Assembly: GCA_965242925.1 (NCBI GenBank)
Contig: CBDEUM010000013.1
Span: 96,001 to 160,000 of the forward strand
DNA from: Roseibacillus sp.
Lineage (GTDB): Bacteria > Verrucomicrobiota > Verrucomicrobiia > Verrucomicrobiales > Akkermansiaceae
Reading direction: 5' to 3'
DNA: 64,000 nt
Part shown: positions 10,325 through 20,761 of the stretch, piece after piece
Numbering within the stretch: the first letter of the stretch is position 1
Layout: every line of letters starts with the position of its first letter
The notes under the pieces: model-generated
What the model was told of the DNA's origin: nothing
Databases searched by the model: none
Seen by the model: the letters and a program-made list of their open reading frames with translations, nothing else
Translations under genes and position numbers: made by a program

Positions 10325-11965
10325 ATGTACTTCCTCAAGAAAATCTTTCAGCTCCGGGATAAAACCAATCCCAGCGCCGAGAAGCCGTTCCTCGACCACC
10401 TCGAGGATCTGCGGAAATGCATTACGCGTGTCGTTCTCACCCTGCTCCTTTCCACGGTGGTCTGCTTCATCTTCCGCAATGAGCTCATGGACATCATCCG
10501 GCGACCGGTTACCCAGGTTTGGGAAGAGGGACAGGAGAGTGCCTTGAAGGACACCGGGATTCTCCTCCAGGACTGGGAGAATGCCAAGAGCATCGCGGAA
10601 GGCTTTAATGAGCTGCGGCCCGAGGACCGCACCCACTACCTTGAAAATTACGAGAATCCCGAGGAGATCCTCAACAATATCCGGACCGTCAACCTCTTTC
10701 GTGCCGCCCTCACCTTCGAGAATGAGACGGAGCAACGGGAATTCATCGAATCGCACAGCGGCCTCGACGAGGCCTTGAGGAACAAGATCCTCGCCCTGAT
10801 AGAAGGCGAACCCAATCCCAAGTCCGACGCACGCGGTAAACTGGTCCTCATGCAGGCCCTCAAACCCACCGAAGGCTTCATGCTCTCCATCAAGCTCGCG
10901 TTCTTCGCGGGCATCGTGGTCTCCTTCCCCTTCCTGCTCTTCTTCATTCTGCAGTTTGTCCTGCCGGGCATGCATCAAACCGAGCGCAAGGCCCTCTGGC
11001 CCGCAATGGCCATCGGCTTCGGCCTCTTCCTCTCCGGGGTCTGCTTCTCCTACTACATCGTCCTGCCCAAGGTCCTTGAGTTCTTCCACGATTACAGCTC
11101 GGACATGGCGATCGAGAACGAGTGGCGCATCGGTTACTACATTTCTTTTGCCACCCAGTTCACCCTTATCTTCGGACTCAGCTTCGAACTCCCCGTTCTG
11201 GTCATGACCCTGGTAAAGCTGGGCATCCTCAACTGCGAAATGATGCGCCGCACCCGGGCCTACGCCATTCTGGCCATCTTCGTCATTGCCGCCCTCATCA
11301 CTCCCACCCCGGACGCCTTTACCCTCTGCCTCCTCGCAGGTCCCATGGTGATACTCTACGAGATCTGCATCTGGCTGGCCTACTTCCTGGAACGCAAGAC
11401 CTCCCGCCTTGAGGCTGAGGAAGAGAAAGAACGCATGGAACGCCTCCTTGAGATCAGGAAGCGCAAGGAGGAACTCGGCATTACAGACGAGGACGATGGA
11501 GACGATGACGACGATCCCCATGACCCCCACGAACCGGATGACCCCCACGAACCGGACGAGGGCAATGATCAGGGATTCAGCGGGGACGGTGAGAACGAAC
11601 ACGATCCCTATCACGACGAGCACGGCCACGGGACCGAGCACGACCATGAGGCGGAGGACTACCACTATCATACGGACGACGACTCCTTCCGTGCGGACCA
11701 GCATGAGGAAGGAGATCTCGGCTTCGGGGACGACGGCCACACCGGCGAGGAACCGGAGGATCAATCCGGGGAGAGCGACTCCCCGCCTGCTCACGACCGG
11801 GAGCAGCAGGGCTTCGACTTCCACGAAGAGGTCGACCCGGCCGACACCGGGGAGGAGCGGGAGAAAGAAGAGGAACATCTCGATCCCCAGCATCCCCCCG
11901 AGGAGATTCCGGACGAAGAGAGATACCGCGAACGGGACGATCCGGATAATCGCGACCAGGATTAG
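10325..11965 (+). CDS. tatC: twin-arginine translocase subunit TatC with loop insertion and acidic His-rich tail
   Basis: PFLDHLEDLR, FVLPGMHQTERK, FGLSFELPV, AALITPTPD, LYEICIW. Confidence 0.95.
   Translation: MYFLKKIFQLRDKTNPSAEKPFLDHLEDLRKCITRVVLTLLLSTVVCFIFRNELMDIIRRPVTQVWEEGQESALKDTGILLQDWENAKSIAEGFNELRPEDRTHYLENYENPEEILNNIRTVNLFRAALTFENETEQREFIESHSGLDEALRNKILALIEGEPNPKSDARGKLVLMQALKPTEGFMLSIKLAFFAGIVVSFPFLLFFILQFVLPGMHQTERKALWPAMAIGFGLFLSGVCFSYYIVLPKVLEFFHDYSSDMAIENEWRIGYYISFATQFTLIFGLSFELPVLVMTLVKLGILNCEMMRRTRAYAILAIFVIAALITPTPDAFTLCLLAGPMVILYEICIWLAYFLERKTSRLEAEEEKERMERLLEIRKRKEELGITDEDDGDDDDDPHDPHEPDDPHEPDEGNDQGFSGDGENEHDPYHDEHGHGTEHDHEAEDYHYHTDDDSFRADQHEEGDLGFGDDGHTGEEPEDQSGESDSPPAHDREQQGFDFHEEVDPADTGEEREKEEEHLDPQHPPEEIPDEERYRERDDPDNRDQD
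11522..11557 (+). repeat. 18-bp tandem repeat encoding DPHEPD x2 in the TatC tail
   Basis: GACCCCCACGAACCGGAT / GACCCCCACGAACCGGAC. Confidence 0.85.
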
Positions 11966-12053
11966 GCCCGGGCGACAAGTGACCTTCCCCTCCCGGGATC
12001 CCCTTCCACCGCCTTCAATGGCCCACTGCGCTCTCGTTCCTCGAGAATCCAAA

Positions 12054-12130
12054 TGGTCGGGACGACTGGATTCGAACCAGCGACCTCCTCACCCCCAGTG
12101 AGGCGCGCTACCAAGCTGCGCCACGTCCCG
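12054..12130 (-). tRNA. tRNA-Pro (anticodon GGG)
   Basis: CGGGACG acceptor stem, TGGCGCAGCTTGGTAGCGC D arm, CCTCA-CTGGGGG-TGAGG anticodon arm, GGTTCGAATCC T loop, encoded CCA. Confidence 0.97.
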
Positions 12131-12231
12131 ATGTTGGCTAATTTGGATGGGGCCAAGAGCCGCGCGCTGTGTAACCTGCCGCATTCGGCATTGGCAAGCC
12201 GCGATTTTCCTGCCATGTCCACCCGTTCATC

Positions 12232-13269
12232 ATGGAAGCCACCAAGGTCGCCATCCTGGGCGGAAGCGGCTATACCGGAATGGAGCTCGTCAGGCTCCTT
12301 CTGGGCCATCCCGCAGCGCAGATCACCGCCGCCACGTCCCGCAGCAATGCCGGAAGACGGATCGAGGAGGTATTCCCCAGGTTTTCCCAACTCCCAGGCA
12401 GCCAACTTCCCTTCATCGAACCCGATATGGAGGCGGTGGTGGCGAGCGGTGCTACTATTGCCTTTCTTGCCCTCCCTCATGGAGCAGCTGCGCAATATGC
12501 CACCGAATTGCTCGAAAAGGGCCTGCGCGTGATCGACCTGAGCGCCGACTTCAGACTGCGTGAAGCAGCCACATACGAGGACTTTTACGGCGAAACGCAC
12601 CCGGCGCCGGACCTCCTCACAACGGCGGTCTACGGACTGCCCGAAGTCCATGGGGAGGCCATTGCCGCCGCCCGTCTGGTGGCTTCTCCCGGTTGCTATC
12701 CCACCTCCATCCTGCTCCCCCTCATCCCGCTCCTGCGCGAGGGGTTGATTGACCCCGCCACCATCGTGGCGAACTCCCTGAGCGGAGTGAGCGGTGCCGG
12801 ACGCAAGTCCGACCTCGCCCTCCTTTTCGTGGAGTGCAACGAAAGCATGCGCGCCTACGGCCTTCCCAGGCACCGCCACCTGTCCGAAATCGAACAGGAG
12901 CTTTCCGCCGCCGCCCGAAAGAGCGTCACCATCACCTTCGTCCCCCATCTCATCCCTGTGAACAACGGGATCTGCACCACCACCACCGCGATGCTGCAGG
13001 GAGACCTCGCAAGCGTGGAACACGCCCTCCGTTCCACTTATGAAAACAGTTCTTTCGTTCGCTTGCTCGGAACAGGGGCCTGCCCTGATACTAAGAATGT
13101 GACCCACACGAACTTCATCGACATCGGCTGGCAACACGATGAACGCACTGGCCGGCTTCTCTTGCTGAGTGCGGAAGACAACCTTGGAAAGGGAGCGGCG
13201 GGTCAGGCCGTGCAAAGTTTTAATATCATGACCGGATTGCCGGATATGACGGGCCTGGGAACAGTTTAA
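12232..13269 (+). CDS. argC: N-acetyl-gamma-glutamyl-phosphate reductase
   Basis: GGSGYTGMEL, LALPHG, DLSADFRL, PGCYPT, SGVSGAGRK, DNLGKGAAGQA. Confidence 0.97.
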   Translation: MEATKVAILGGSGYTGMELVRLLLGHPAAQITAATSRSNAGRRIEEVFPRFSQLPGSQLPFIEPDMEAVVASGATIAFLALPHGAAAQYATELLEKGLRVIDLSADFRLREAATYEDFYGETHPAPDLLTTAVYGLPEVHGEAIAAARLVASPGCYPTSILLPLIPLLREGLIDPATIVANSLSGVSGAGRKSDLALLFVECNESMRAYGLPRHRHLSEIEQELSAAARKSVTITFVPHLIPVNNGICTTTTAMLQGDLASVEHALRSTYENSSFVRLLGTGACPDTKNVTHTNFIDIGWQHDERTGRLLLLSAEDNLGKGAAGQAVQSFNIMTGLPDMTGLGTV

Positions 13270-13287
13270 GGAGAAAGGAACGAACGG

Positions 13288-14532
13288 TTGGCGATAGCCT
13301 TCAAGAAAGTGAAAGGCGGCGTGTGCTCCCCGATCGGATTTTCGGGCGGCGCGGTAAGCTGCGGGATCAAGGATCCGGGAAATCCGCGCCTCGACCTCGC
13401 TCTCATTTACTCCAACCACCCCTGCGTCTCGGCCGGAACGTTCACCTCCAACCGGGTAAAGGCTGCACCGGTAAAGGTCACCCAGGCTCACCTCCGCACC
13501 CGTGAACTACGGGCCATCGTGGCCAACAGCGGCAACGCCAATGCCTGCACCGGGATCCCGGGGATTGAGGACGCCCGGACCATGGCCAAGGCGGTGGCCA
13601 CCACCCTGGACCTCCGGCAGCGCGAAGTGGGCGTATGCTCTACCGGAGTGATCGGCCTGCCGCTGCCAATGGACCGGATGAAGACGGGACTGGCCGGACT
13701 GGCCGATCACCTCAGCGCCAGGGGAGGCTCCGAGGTGGCCAGGGCCATCATGACGAGCGACACCACCGTGAAGGAGATCGCCATCAGCGCCACCGTGGGC
13801 GGAAGGAAGGTGCGCATCGGCGCCTGTGCCAAGGGGGCCGGCATGATCTGCCCGAGCATGGCCACCATGCTCTGCTTCGTCACCACGGATGCCAACATCA
13901 GCAAGGCCTGCCTGCAGAAGACTCTCCTGGAAGCGGTGGAGGGATCCTTCAACCGCATCTGTATCGACGGTGACATGAGCACCAACGACACGGTCCTGCT
14001 ACTGGCCAACGGACAATCCGGAGGCAAGCCCATCGCCCGTGGCAGCAAGGCCTGCCGCGAATTCAGCGAAGCCCTCCAGCATGTGCTCCTGGAACTTGCC
14101 AAGGCCTGCGTGCGCGACGGCGAACGCGTAAGCAAATTCGTCACCCTCGAAGTAGTCGGCGCATCCGTTTATCACGACGCCAAGAAGGTCGCGGAAGCGA
14201 TTGCCAAGTCAGCTCTCGTCAAGTCGTCCTGGAACGGCGACGACCCGAACTGGGGCCGCATCATCCACGCCATCGGTTACTCCAGGGCCCGCATCCGGGA
14301 AGAACTCATCGACATTTCCTATGATGGCAAACCGGCCTGCGAAGGTGGCCTGATGGCCAGGACTCCCATCAGGACCCTGCGGGACATTGCGGCCAAAAAC
14401 AGCTTCACCATCACGGTGAACCTCCATCTTGGCAAGGCCGACTATACCATCTATACCAGCGATATTTCCCCGGAGTACATCGATTTCAATCGCAGCGAGT
14501 ACTCTTACTGGAAGAATGCAGGAGTGGATTAG
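13288..14532 (+). CDS. argJ: bifunctional ornithine acetyltransferase / N-acetylglutamate synthase
   Basis: NSGNANACTG, STGVIG, AKGAGMICPSMATML, DGDMSTND, DPNWGRI; TTG start. Confidence 0.96.
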   Translation: MAIAFKKVKGGVCSPIGFSGGAVSCGIKDPGNPRLDLALIYSNHPCVSAGTFTSNRVKAAPVKVTQAHLRTRELRAIVANSGNANACTGIPGIEDARTMAKAVATTLDLRQREVGVCSTGVIGLPLPMDRMKTGLAGLADHLSARGGSEVARAIMTSDTTVKEIAISATVGGRKVRIGACAKGAGMICPSMATMLCFVTTDANISKACLQKTLLEAVEGSFNRICIDGDMSTNDTVLLLANGQSGGKPIARGSKACREFSEALQHVLLELAKACVRDGERVSKFVTLEVVGASVYHDAKKVAEAIAKSALVKSSWNGDDPNWGRIIHAIGYSRARIREELIDISYDGKPACEGGLMARTPIRTLRDIAAKNSFTITVNLHLGKADYTIYTSDISPEYIDFNRSEYSYWKNAGVD

Positions 14533-14577
14533 CACCCCATCTCCGGACGGATTTCGCTTCACTCGCCCGGGAGCCGG

Positions 14578-15387
14578 CTATGCTGGACGAACAGCACAGA
14601 ATCCATCCTTCCAGCTCACCCTGACCTCCACCCCGTAGCAGGCACTCAGTTGCTCCGGGGTGAGAATCTGGCGCTTCCTTCCATCGGCCAGGATCCGCCC
14701 CTTCTTCATCAGGACCACCCGGTCGATCTCGGGAGGAATTTCGCGCACATCGTGGGTGACGAGCATGACTCCCGTCCCGTTCCGCATGAGTGCGCGCACC
14801 ACCTCAATCAGATCCCAGGCCCCCGGAAGATCCAGGGAGGTGGTGGGCTCGTCGAAGATGAGCATCTCGGGTTCGTGCACGAGGGACCGGGCCAGGAGGA
14901 ACCGGCGGCGTTCACCGGAAGAGAGATCGCCATAGTCCCGCCACATCAGTTCGTGCACGCCCGCCGCCTTCATGGCCCTCCAGGCCCTGCGCTTCTCCGC
15001 CGCCGTGAACGTCTGGCCCCGCGTGATCCCGTAGGTCCCGTGCAATCCGGTGAGCACCACGTCGCTGGCCAGTTCGTCGTCGGCAAAGAGGCCATGCTGC
15101 TCCGGAGTGACCACCCCGATGTGCTCGCGCAGATCGTAAAGCGACCAGTAGTCCTCTCCGAAAAGCCGCGAACTGCCCTGGTCCGCAACAGGATGAATAT
15201 CCCCCGAGATCAGCGCCAGAAGCGTACTCTTGCCCGCACCGTTGGGGCCGAGGACAGCAACCTTCTCCCCGGTTTCGATCCGCAGGGACAGCCCGTCAAA
15301 AACCTTGTTGTCACCACGCCACACCGTGACGTTCTCCAACTCAAGCACAGGCGAACCCACCGCATGACCTCCTGCCCAGTTCACCAA
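14578..15387 (-). CDS. ABC ATP-binding protein (ModF-like / iron-complex type)
   Basis: GPNGAGKST, LSSGERRR, IFDEPT, VTHD. Confidence 0.9.
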   Translation of the reverse strand: MVNWAGGHAVGSPVLELENVTVWRGDNKVFDGLSLRIETGEKVAVLGPNGAGKSTLLALISGDIHPVADQGSSRLFGEDYWSLYDLREHIGVVTPEQHGLFADDELASDVVLTGLHGTYGITRGQTFTAAEKRRAWRAMKAAGVHELMWRDYGDLSSGERRRFLLARSLVHEPEMLIFDEPTTSLDLPGAWDLIEVVRALMRNGTGVMLVTHDVREIPPEIDRVVLMKKGRILADGRKRQILTPEQLSACYGVEVRVSWKDGFCAVRPA

Positions 15388-15553
15388 CCATGTTCCTTCT
15401 CATCATTCCACCTCTGGACTAGCTTTATGGTGAATGTCCGGACCCAGGCAACCGCAAAGCGTCCCGGGAGCTCTTTCCGAAGCCCTTCCTCCCCTTCGTC
15501 CCTGAATGATGACCTCGGTGGAATCCGCCATCTCATTCCGGCCCAGGCGCACT

Positions 15554-16864
15554 CTACCGGTCCCCCACCCGCTCCGAGATGCGGTCGAACTCACGCGCTG
15601 CAAACCTCAATACCAGATCCTCAAGGGCCTTATTCTTCAGGCGCGAAATCGACTCCACGCTGAATCCCTGCGCCACCAGCTGCCTGGCAATGTGCGGTTT
15701 GATGCCCCGGGCACGGAGATAGAAGATCTCACCTTCATCTATCATGGTCGAAGTGCTCCCGTGGGAGCACTTCACCTGGTCCGCGTTAATCTCCAGTCCG
15801 GGCATGGAATTTGCCTCTGCCGCCTCACTCATGAGCAGGTTGCGACAGGTCTGGTAGGCATCGGTCTGGTGCGCTCCGTCATCGACCAGGATGAGACCGG
15901 AAAAGACGGTTCGGCTCCCGCCGTAAAGCGTGTTCTTGTAGAGGAGATCAGAGTAGCTGCGCGCGCTGGCGTGATGCTGGAAGGTGCGCTGATCATACTC
16001 CTGCTTATCCCGTGCAATGCTCACCGAGAGCATGTCGGAACGGGCATTCTCTCCCTCCAGGCAACTGCGGGATTCCTGCCGGGCCCAGGCCGCCCCCGCA
16101 TTCAGGATGAATGATTTGGAGGTGGCATCGCGGGCAACGGTGGTGTTGCCCACCTGGATCATCCGGGCCTGGTCACAGAGGTCCTGCAGGGCCAGATACG
16201 TCAGTTGCGATCCCGGACCTGCCACCATGTCATTGACCGCGATGGTCCAGGAATTTCGGGCTCTGGTATCGGACTGAAAATAGTCGATCACCGTGACCCG
16301 GGCATTCCTGCCGGTCACCACCAGACTGTGAGGGAACGTGATGACGTGGTCGCCGGCAAGCCAGTGAAAGATCTCGATGGGATTCTCCACCACCACTCCA
16401 TCCGGCACGTAGATGAACATCCCGGAGGAGACGTGAGCCCGGTGAAGGGCGGCAAACTTGGCCGAGCCCAGTTGGTGATCGGACTTCATGAAATACTCCT
16501 GCACGAGGTCGGAGTGTTTTTCCAGGGCATGCCGCAGGGGCAGGCAAATGACCCCCTCGGGAAGATTGAGTTCCTGCTCGTTCAACCCGTCATTGAAGAA
16601 TCCTACCCGCGCCGCACGGTTCTCCAGTCCGCTGGCTCCGCGGTGCACCCCCATCGACTGCGGATCAGGAAGTTGTGCCCTCTCGAAGTCGAGATGCCCT
16701 AGGCTGGCAAAACGCCATTCCTCATCCCTGCGGGTCGGCATGGGCAACTCCTGAAAGCGGGCCCATCCGGCCTGCCGGGAGGCATTAAACCAGTCCGGCA
16801 CTCCGTCCAGCGGCCCTGGCGCCCGTTCCAGGGCGTTCCCTCGATCCAATATCGCTGTCATCAA
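15554..16864 (-). CDS. sufD: Fe-S cluster assembly protein SufD
   Basis: PTRRDEEWRF, QTDAYQTCRNLLMS, PGLEINADQVKCSHGST, FYLRARG. Confidence 0.95.
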   Translation of the reverse strand: MMTAILDRGNALERAPGPLDGVPDWFNASRQAGWARFQELPMPTRRDEEWRFASLGHLDFERAQLPDPQSMGVHRGASGLENRAARVGFFNDGLNEQELNLPEGVICLPLRHALEKHSDLVQEYFMKSDHQLGSAKFAALHRAHVSSGMFIYVPDGVVVENPIEIFHWLAGDHVITFPHSLVVTGRNARVTVIDYFQSDTRARNSWTIAVNDMVAGPGSQLTYLALQDLCDQARMIQVGNTTVARDATSKSFILNAGAAWARQESRSCLEGENARSDMLSVSIARDKQEYDQRTFQHHASARSYSDLLYKNTLYGGSRTVFSGLILVDDGAHQTDAYQTCRNLLMSEAAEANSMPGLEINADQVKCSHGSTSTMIDEGEIFYLRARGIKPHIARQLVAQGFSVESISRLKNKALEDLVLRFAAREFDRISERVGDR

Positions 16865-16902
16865 ATTCGGTCCATTGAAAACTGAACAGGAAACATGGGG
16901 CG

Positions 16903-18330
16903 CTATCCCACACTCCCTTCCATCTCCAACTCGATGAGACGCTTGAGTTCCACCGAGTACTCCATCGGGAACTCCCGCACCAGGTCATTGACGAAGCCGT
17001 TCACCGCCAAGCTCATGGCCTCGCCCTCACTCAATCCCCGTTGCTGCAGGTAGAACAACATTTCCTCGGAAACCTGAGAAACGCTCGCCTCGTGCTGGGT
17101 GGCGTGCTGGTTGCCCCGCACCGTGATGGCCGGGTAGGTATCCGTCCGGCTGTTGGTGTTGATCAGCAGGGCATCGCACTCCGTGTTGTTCCGACAACCC
17201 TTAAGGTGTTTGGGAATGTGAACCTGACCGCGGTAGGTCGAACGCCCCTCGCCCACCGAGATCGACTTGGAAACAACGTTGGAGGTCGTCTCGTCGGCAG
17301 CGTGAATCATCTTGGCCCCGGTATCCTGGTGCTGCCCTGAATTGGCGAGGGCAATCGAGATCACCTCGCCCCGCGCCCTGCGGCCCTTCATGACGACTCC
17401 GGGATACTTCATCGTGAGCCGGCTCCCGATGTTGCAATCGATCCAGCGCACTTCTGCGTTCTCGTGTGCGATCCCGCGCTTGGTCACCAGATTGAATACA
17501 TTGTCACTCCAGTTCTGCACGGTAATATACTGCAACTTGGCGTCCTTCATGGCCACCAGCTCAACCACCGCCGAGTGCAGGGTAGCGGTCTCGAACTTGG
17601 GGGCGGTACAGCCCTCCATATAAGTCAATTCCGAACCCTCGTCACAGATGATGAGGGTACGCTCAAACTGACCGAAGTTTTCGGAATTGATCCGGAAGTA
17701 GGCCTGCAGCGGATGCCGCACCTTCACTCCCTTCGGCACGTAGATGAACGACCCCCCCGAAAAGACCGCGCTGTTGAGAGCCGAAAACTTGTTGTCTCCG
17801 GTGGGAATCACCTTGCCGAACCACGGCCGGAAGATTTCCTCGTATTCCTTCAGGCCTTCCGTCGAGTTGACGAAGATGACCCCATCCTTTTCGATTTCCT
17901 CCTTCACGTTGGAGTAGGCCGCCTCGGAATCATACTGAGCCTCTACTCCCGCCAGAAAGGCCCTTTCCTGCTCCGGGATACCCAGACGCTCAAAGGTCTC
18001 CTTGATATCGTCGGGCACCTCGTCCCAGCTCCGGGTCGGCTTCGCCCCATCCGAAAGATAGTAGCGAATGATGTCGAAATCGATGTTCTCGAGATCCTTG
18101 GTGGCCCAGTGCGTGGGCATGGGTTTGGCCAGGAAGGTTTTGAGAGCCCTGTGCCGGAACTTCCGGACCCAGTCCGGATCCTCCTTCACATCGCAGATAT
18201 AGTCGATGGTGGCCGGGCTTAACCCGCGACCCGCATCATATTTGTGCGACTCGGGGTAGGAAAAGTCCCCCTTGCTCTGGTCGATATCAATCGCCACCTG
18301 TGTTCCGGAATCTAAGACTGCTTCACTCAT
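16903..18330 (-). CDS. sufB: Fe-S cluster assembly protein SufB
   Basis: [44 protein letters not shown]. Confidence 0.97.
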   Translation of the reverse strand: MSEAVLDSGTQVAIDIDQSKGDFSYPESHKYDAGRGLSPATIDYICDVKEDPDWVRKFRHRALKTFLAKPMPTHWATKDLENIDFDIIRYYLSDGAKPTRSWDEVPDDIKETFERLGIPEQERAFLAGVEAQYDSEAAYSNVKEEIEKDGVIFVNSTEGLKEYEEIFRPWFGKVIPTGDNKFSALNSAVFSGGSFIYVPKGVKVRHPLQAYFRINSENFGQFERTLIICDEGSELTYMEGCTAPKFETATLHSAVVELVAMKDAKLQYITVQNWSDNVFNLVTKRGIAHENAEVRWIDCNIGSRLTMKYPGVVMKGRRARGEVISIALANSGQHQDTGAKMIHAADETTSNVVSKSISVGEGRSTYRGQVHIPKHLKGCRNNTECDALLINTNSRTDTYPAITVRGNQHATQHEASVSQVSEEMLFYLQQRGLSEGEAMSLAVNGFVNDLVREFPMEYSVELKRLIELEMEGSVG

Positions 18331-18354
18331 GATCTTCTCCCTTCATTCCCAGAT

Positions 18355-19110
18355 TTATCCCGCCACCGGCACTTCTTCCTTCAGGAAGTCGTAGCCCTTC
18401 TGCTCGAGCTCAAGGGCCAGCTCCTTGCTGCCACTGCGCACGATCTGGCCGTCCGCCAGTACGTGCACGTAATCCGGTTCAATATAGTCTAGCAGGCGCT
18501 GATAGTGGGTAATGACCAGAAAACCGCGTCCCGGCGAACGCATTGAGTTCACCCCGCTCGCCACCACCTTCAGGGCGTCGATGTCGAGACCGGAGTCGGT
18601 CTCGTCCATCACGCAATAGCCCGGCTCCAGCATCATCATCTGGAGCACTTCGTTGCGTTTCTTTTCGCCCCCCGAAAAACCTTCGTTAACCGAACGCGAG
18701 GTGAACCGCCGATCGATTCCCAGTTGGTCCATCTTCTCGTAGAGTTCCTTGTAGTAGACCACCGCATCAATCTCCTCGCCCTCCGGAAGACGCGCCTGGC
18801 GGGCAGCGCGGATGAAATTTGCCATGGTAACCCCCGGGACTTCCGCAGGGTACTGGAAAGCCAGAAAAAGCCCGGCCCGGCTCCGCTCGTCAATCCCGAG
18901 ATCGAGAAGATCCTCCCCATCCATGGTGACCGTCCCCCCCGTCACCTCGTAGTCCTCATGGCCGGCGATGACCTTGGCGAGGGTGGACTTGCCGGACCCG
19001 TTCGGTCCCATGAGCGCGTGTACTTCGCCGGCGGGAACTTCAAGGCTCAGGCCCTTGAGAATATCGTTGCCGTCAATGGCGGCTTGGAGATTTGTGATAA
19101 CCAGACTCAT
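18355..19110 (-). CDS. sufC: Fe-S cluster assembly ATPase SufC
   Basis: [51 protein letters not shown]. Confidence 0.97.
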   Translation of the reverse strand: MSLVITNLQAAIDGNDILKGLSLEVPAGEVHALMGPNGSGKSTLAKVIAGHEDYEVTGGTVTMDGEDLLDLGIDERSRAGLFLAFQYPAEVPGVTMANFIRAARQARLPEGEEIDAVVYYKELYEKMDQLGIDRRFTSRSVNEGFSGGEKKRNEVLQMMMLEPGYCVMDETDSGLDIDALKVVASGVNSMRSPGRGFLVITHYQRLLDYIEPDYVHVLADGQIVRSGSKELALELEQKGYDFLKEEVPVAG

Positions 19111-19144
19111 CTTAAACTGGGCAGGAATAGGAGCAGGATGAAAA

Positions 19145-19588
19145 TCAGGACCCTTTGGGGAGGAATCCGCGGATTGTGAGCTCCAGCTCGCTCACCTCAG
19201 CGCCATTCGGCAGATCGAGGACATCAGTAATCTGGCAGCCATCCTTGAATGAAAGATCGTGAATCACTCCTGACTTCTTATCCTGGAAGTGGACATGGGG
19301 TGTCAGATTCACGCAGAAACGAGATGGCTCACGGTCGAAGTTTACCCGATTGATCAGCCCGTGGTCCACCAGGGCATCCAAGCAGTTGTATACCGTGGCC
19401 AGGGAGATACTGGGCATGTCTGCCTGAACCCGCCCAAAGACCTCGTTGGCAGTAGGATGGTCCCGGTTGTGGAGAAGGACACTGTAAACCTCCCGTCGCT
19501 GCTTCGTCATACGGAGCCCCTGCAGTTCGGGAGGGATCTCCTTCGCCGCAGTCGGTAGCGCTTCACCATCGTTGCCCAACATGCCCAC
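19145..19588 (-). CDS. Fur-family transcriptional regulator (PerR/Irr-like), first gene of the suf operon
   Basis: [32 protein letters not shown]; no C-terminal CxxC pairs. Confidence 0.9.
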   Translation of the reverse strand: MGMLGNDGEALPTAAKEIPPELQGLRMTKQRREVYSVLLHNRDHPTANEVFGRVQADMPSISLATVYNCLDALVDHGLINRVNFDREPSRFCVNLTPHVHFQDKKSGVIHDLSFKDGCQITDVLDLPNGAEVSELELTIRGFLPKGS

Positions 19589-19599
19589 AAGCTAGGTGG

Positions 19600-19645
19600 T
19601 TGAGACCAGTTCTCAAGACATAATTAGAACTATTCTAATTATGTC
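19600..19645. promoter_or_regulatory. tandem inverted-repeat operators upstream of the Fur-family/suf operon
   Basis: TTGAGA-N5-TCTCAA (19600-19616) immediately followed by the perfect 13-3-13 palindrome GACATAATTAGAA-CTA-TTCTAATTATGTC (19617-19645). Confidence 0.8.
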
Positions 19646-20039
19646 GGGGTGAGAAATGAGATTCTGCCGTATCGGTAGTGGGATGGGGTGGTCATAACGG
19701 GGAATTCCTGTCCCTGGGGTTCGTTACCGCAGAATGCATGGCGGCCACCGGACTCTTTGGAGCCGCACTCTCCCCCATCCCGATGGCTGAAAAATCGGGA
19801 AGGGGGAGGGATCGCAGGGACGGACCTGCCTGACCTGTCTGACCGCCCGGGAGCTCGTCAACATGATCTCGGGTCGCCCTGCGCTCTACCACTGTTGCTC
19901 TGATCATCCTCCCCATTGACCCACCCATCATTGAAGCCACTCATCTCATCTCGGGGGATGGGCTGAATCTCCGCCCTCATCGCTCTCCTTCCAGCCATCG
20001 CCACCACCTGCCTCAGCTCCTTTTCTGCGGCCCGGAGGG

Positions 20040-20642
20040 CTAATGCCCGCGCCAGAAGAGCACAGCGCATAGCAGGGTAAGCACTCCGTAAACCAGTCCG
20101 CTGAAGGTCAGGATACGCCAGCGGTTGTCGCTGGCTGTCGCCCAGGTTGCCAGATCGCGGAAGGTGTAGGGCATCCCCACCCAGAAGAGCCCCTTGGTGA
20201 GCAGAAGATAAGAGAAGATCGGGACCAGCAGTCGCGTGGCCGGATCCTTGTTGAAGGAGGCCGCCAGCAGCGGCCCGGTCACCATCAGGGCCAGCACTCC
20301 CAGAGCGCGCACGAAAAGAAACTCCTTCACATAAAGGACCATCCCCAGGAAGGCGATGGGGACGAAGAGGCGCAGCCACGGCTTCACCGCATTGAACTCC
20401 CCGATGTCCATGCTCAGGGAAGACAGCAAACCCATGTCATCCGGGGCAATGAGAAGCCAGAACCAGGACATACCCACCCCCAGAGTGTAGATTCCGGCGG
20501 CGTGGTGACGCGGCAGCTTGATGAGCCACTCCTTACACGCCTTCGCCTTCCAGGCCATCAGGCCATGAGCTACCAGGAGGTAGGCCGCCAGGGCGTAGCC
20601 CGCAACACTGAGGGGAATACTTTCGTAGGGATGCGGACCCAT
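20040..20642 (-). CDS. hypothetical integral membrane protein
   Basis: About 6 hydrophobic segments in 200 aa; ATG start, TAA stop. Confidence 0.8.
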   Translation of the reverse strand: MGPHPYESIPLSVAGYALAAYLLVAHGLMAWKAKACKEWLIKLPRHHAAGIYTLGVGMSWFWLLIAPDDMGLLSSLSMDIGEFNAVKPWLRLFVPIAFLGMVLYVKEFLFVRALGVLALMVTGPLLAASFNKDPATRLLVPIFSYLLLTKGLFWVGMPYTFRDLATWATASDNRWRILTFSGLVYGVLTLLCAVLFWRGH

Positions 20643-20761
20643 TTTCGTGCGCGCTAGCTACGCCAGCACCGGGGGCAGGTAAAGGGCAAAGGCGGGAATT
20701 CTACCCAAACTACCACCCGGCCGGAGCCTGAAATTGGATTTTGAGGCCGGGACATGTTTCT

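Noticed and set aside
10007..12052. 681-aa minus-strand ORF and similar long ORFs (11962-13491, 22161-23237, 25916-27295, 57615-58958)
   Set aside because: Antisense shadows of well-supported genes in GC-rich DNA, with no recognisable motifs.
12054..12130. tRNA-Pro as an integration site or as tRNA-Sec
   Set aside because: Anticodon is GGG with a short variable arm; no duplicated 3' end or adjacent integrase was noticed.
19650..20035. Possible small gene or ncRNA upstream of the suf operator
   Set aside because: The short ORFs lack motifs and I could not support any RNA family or convincing structure.
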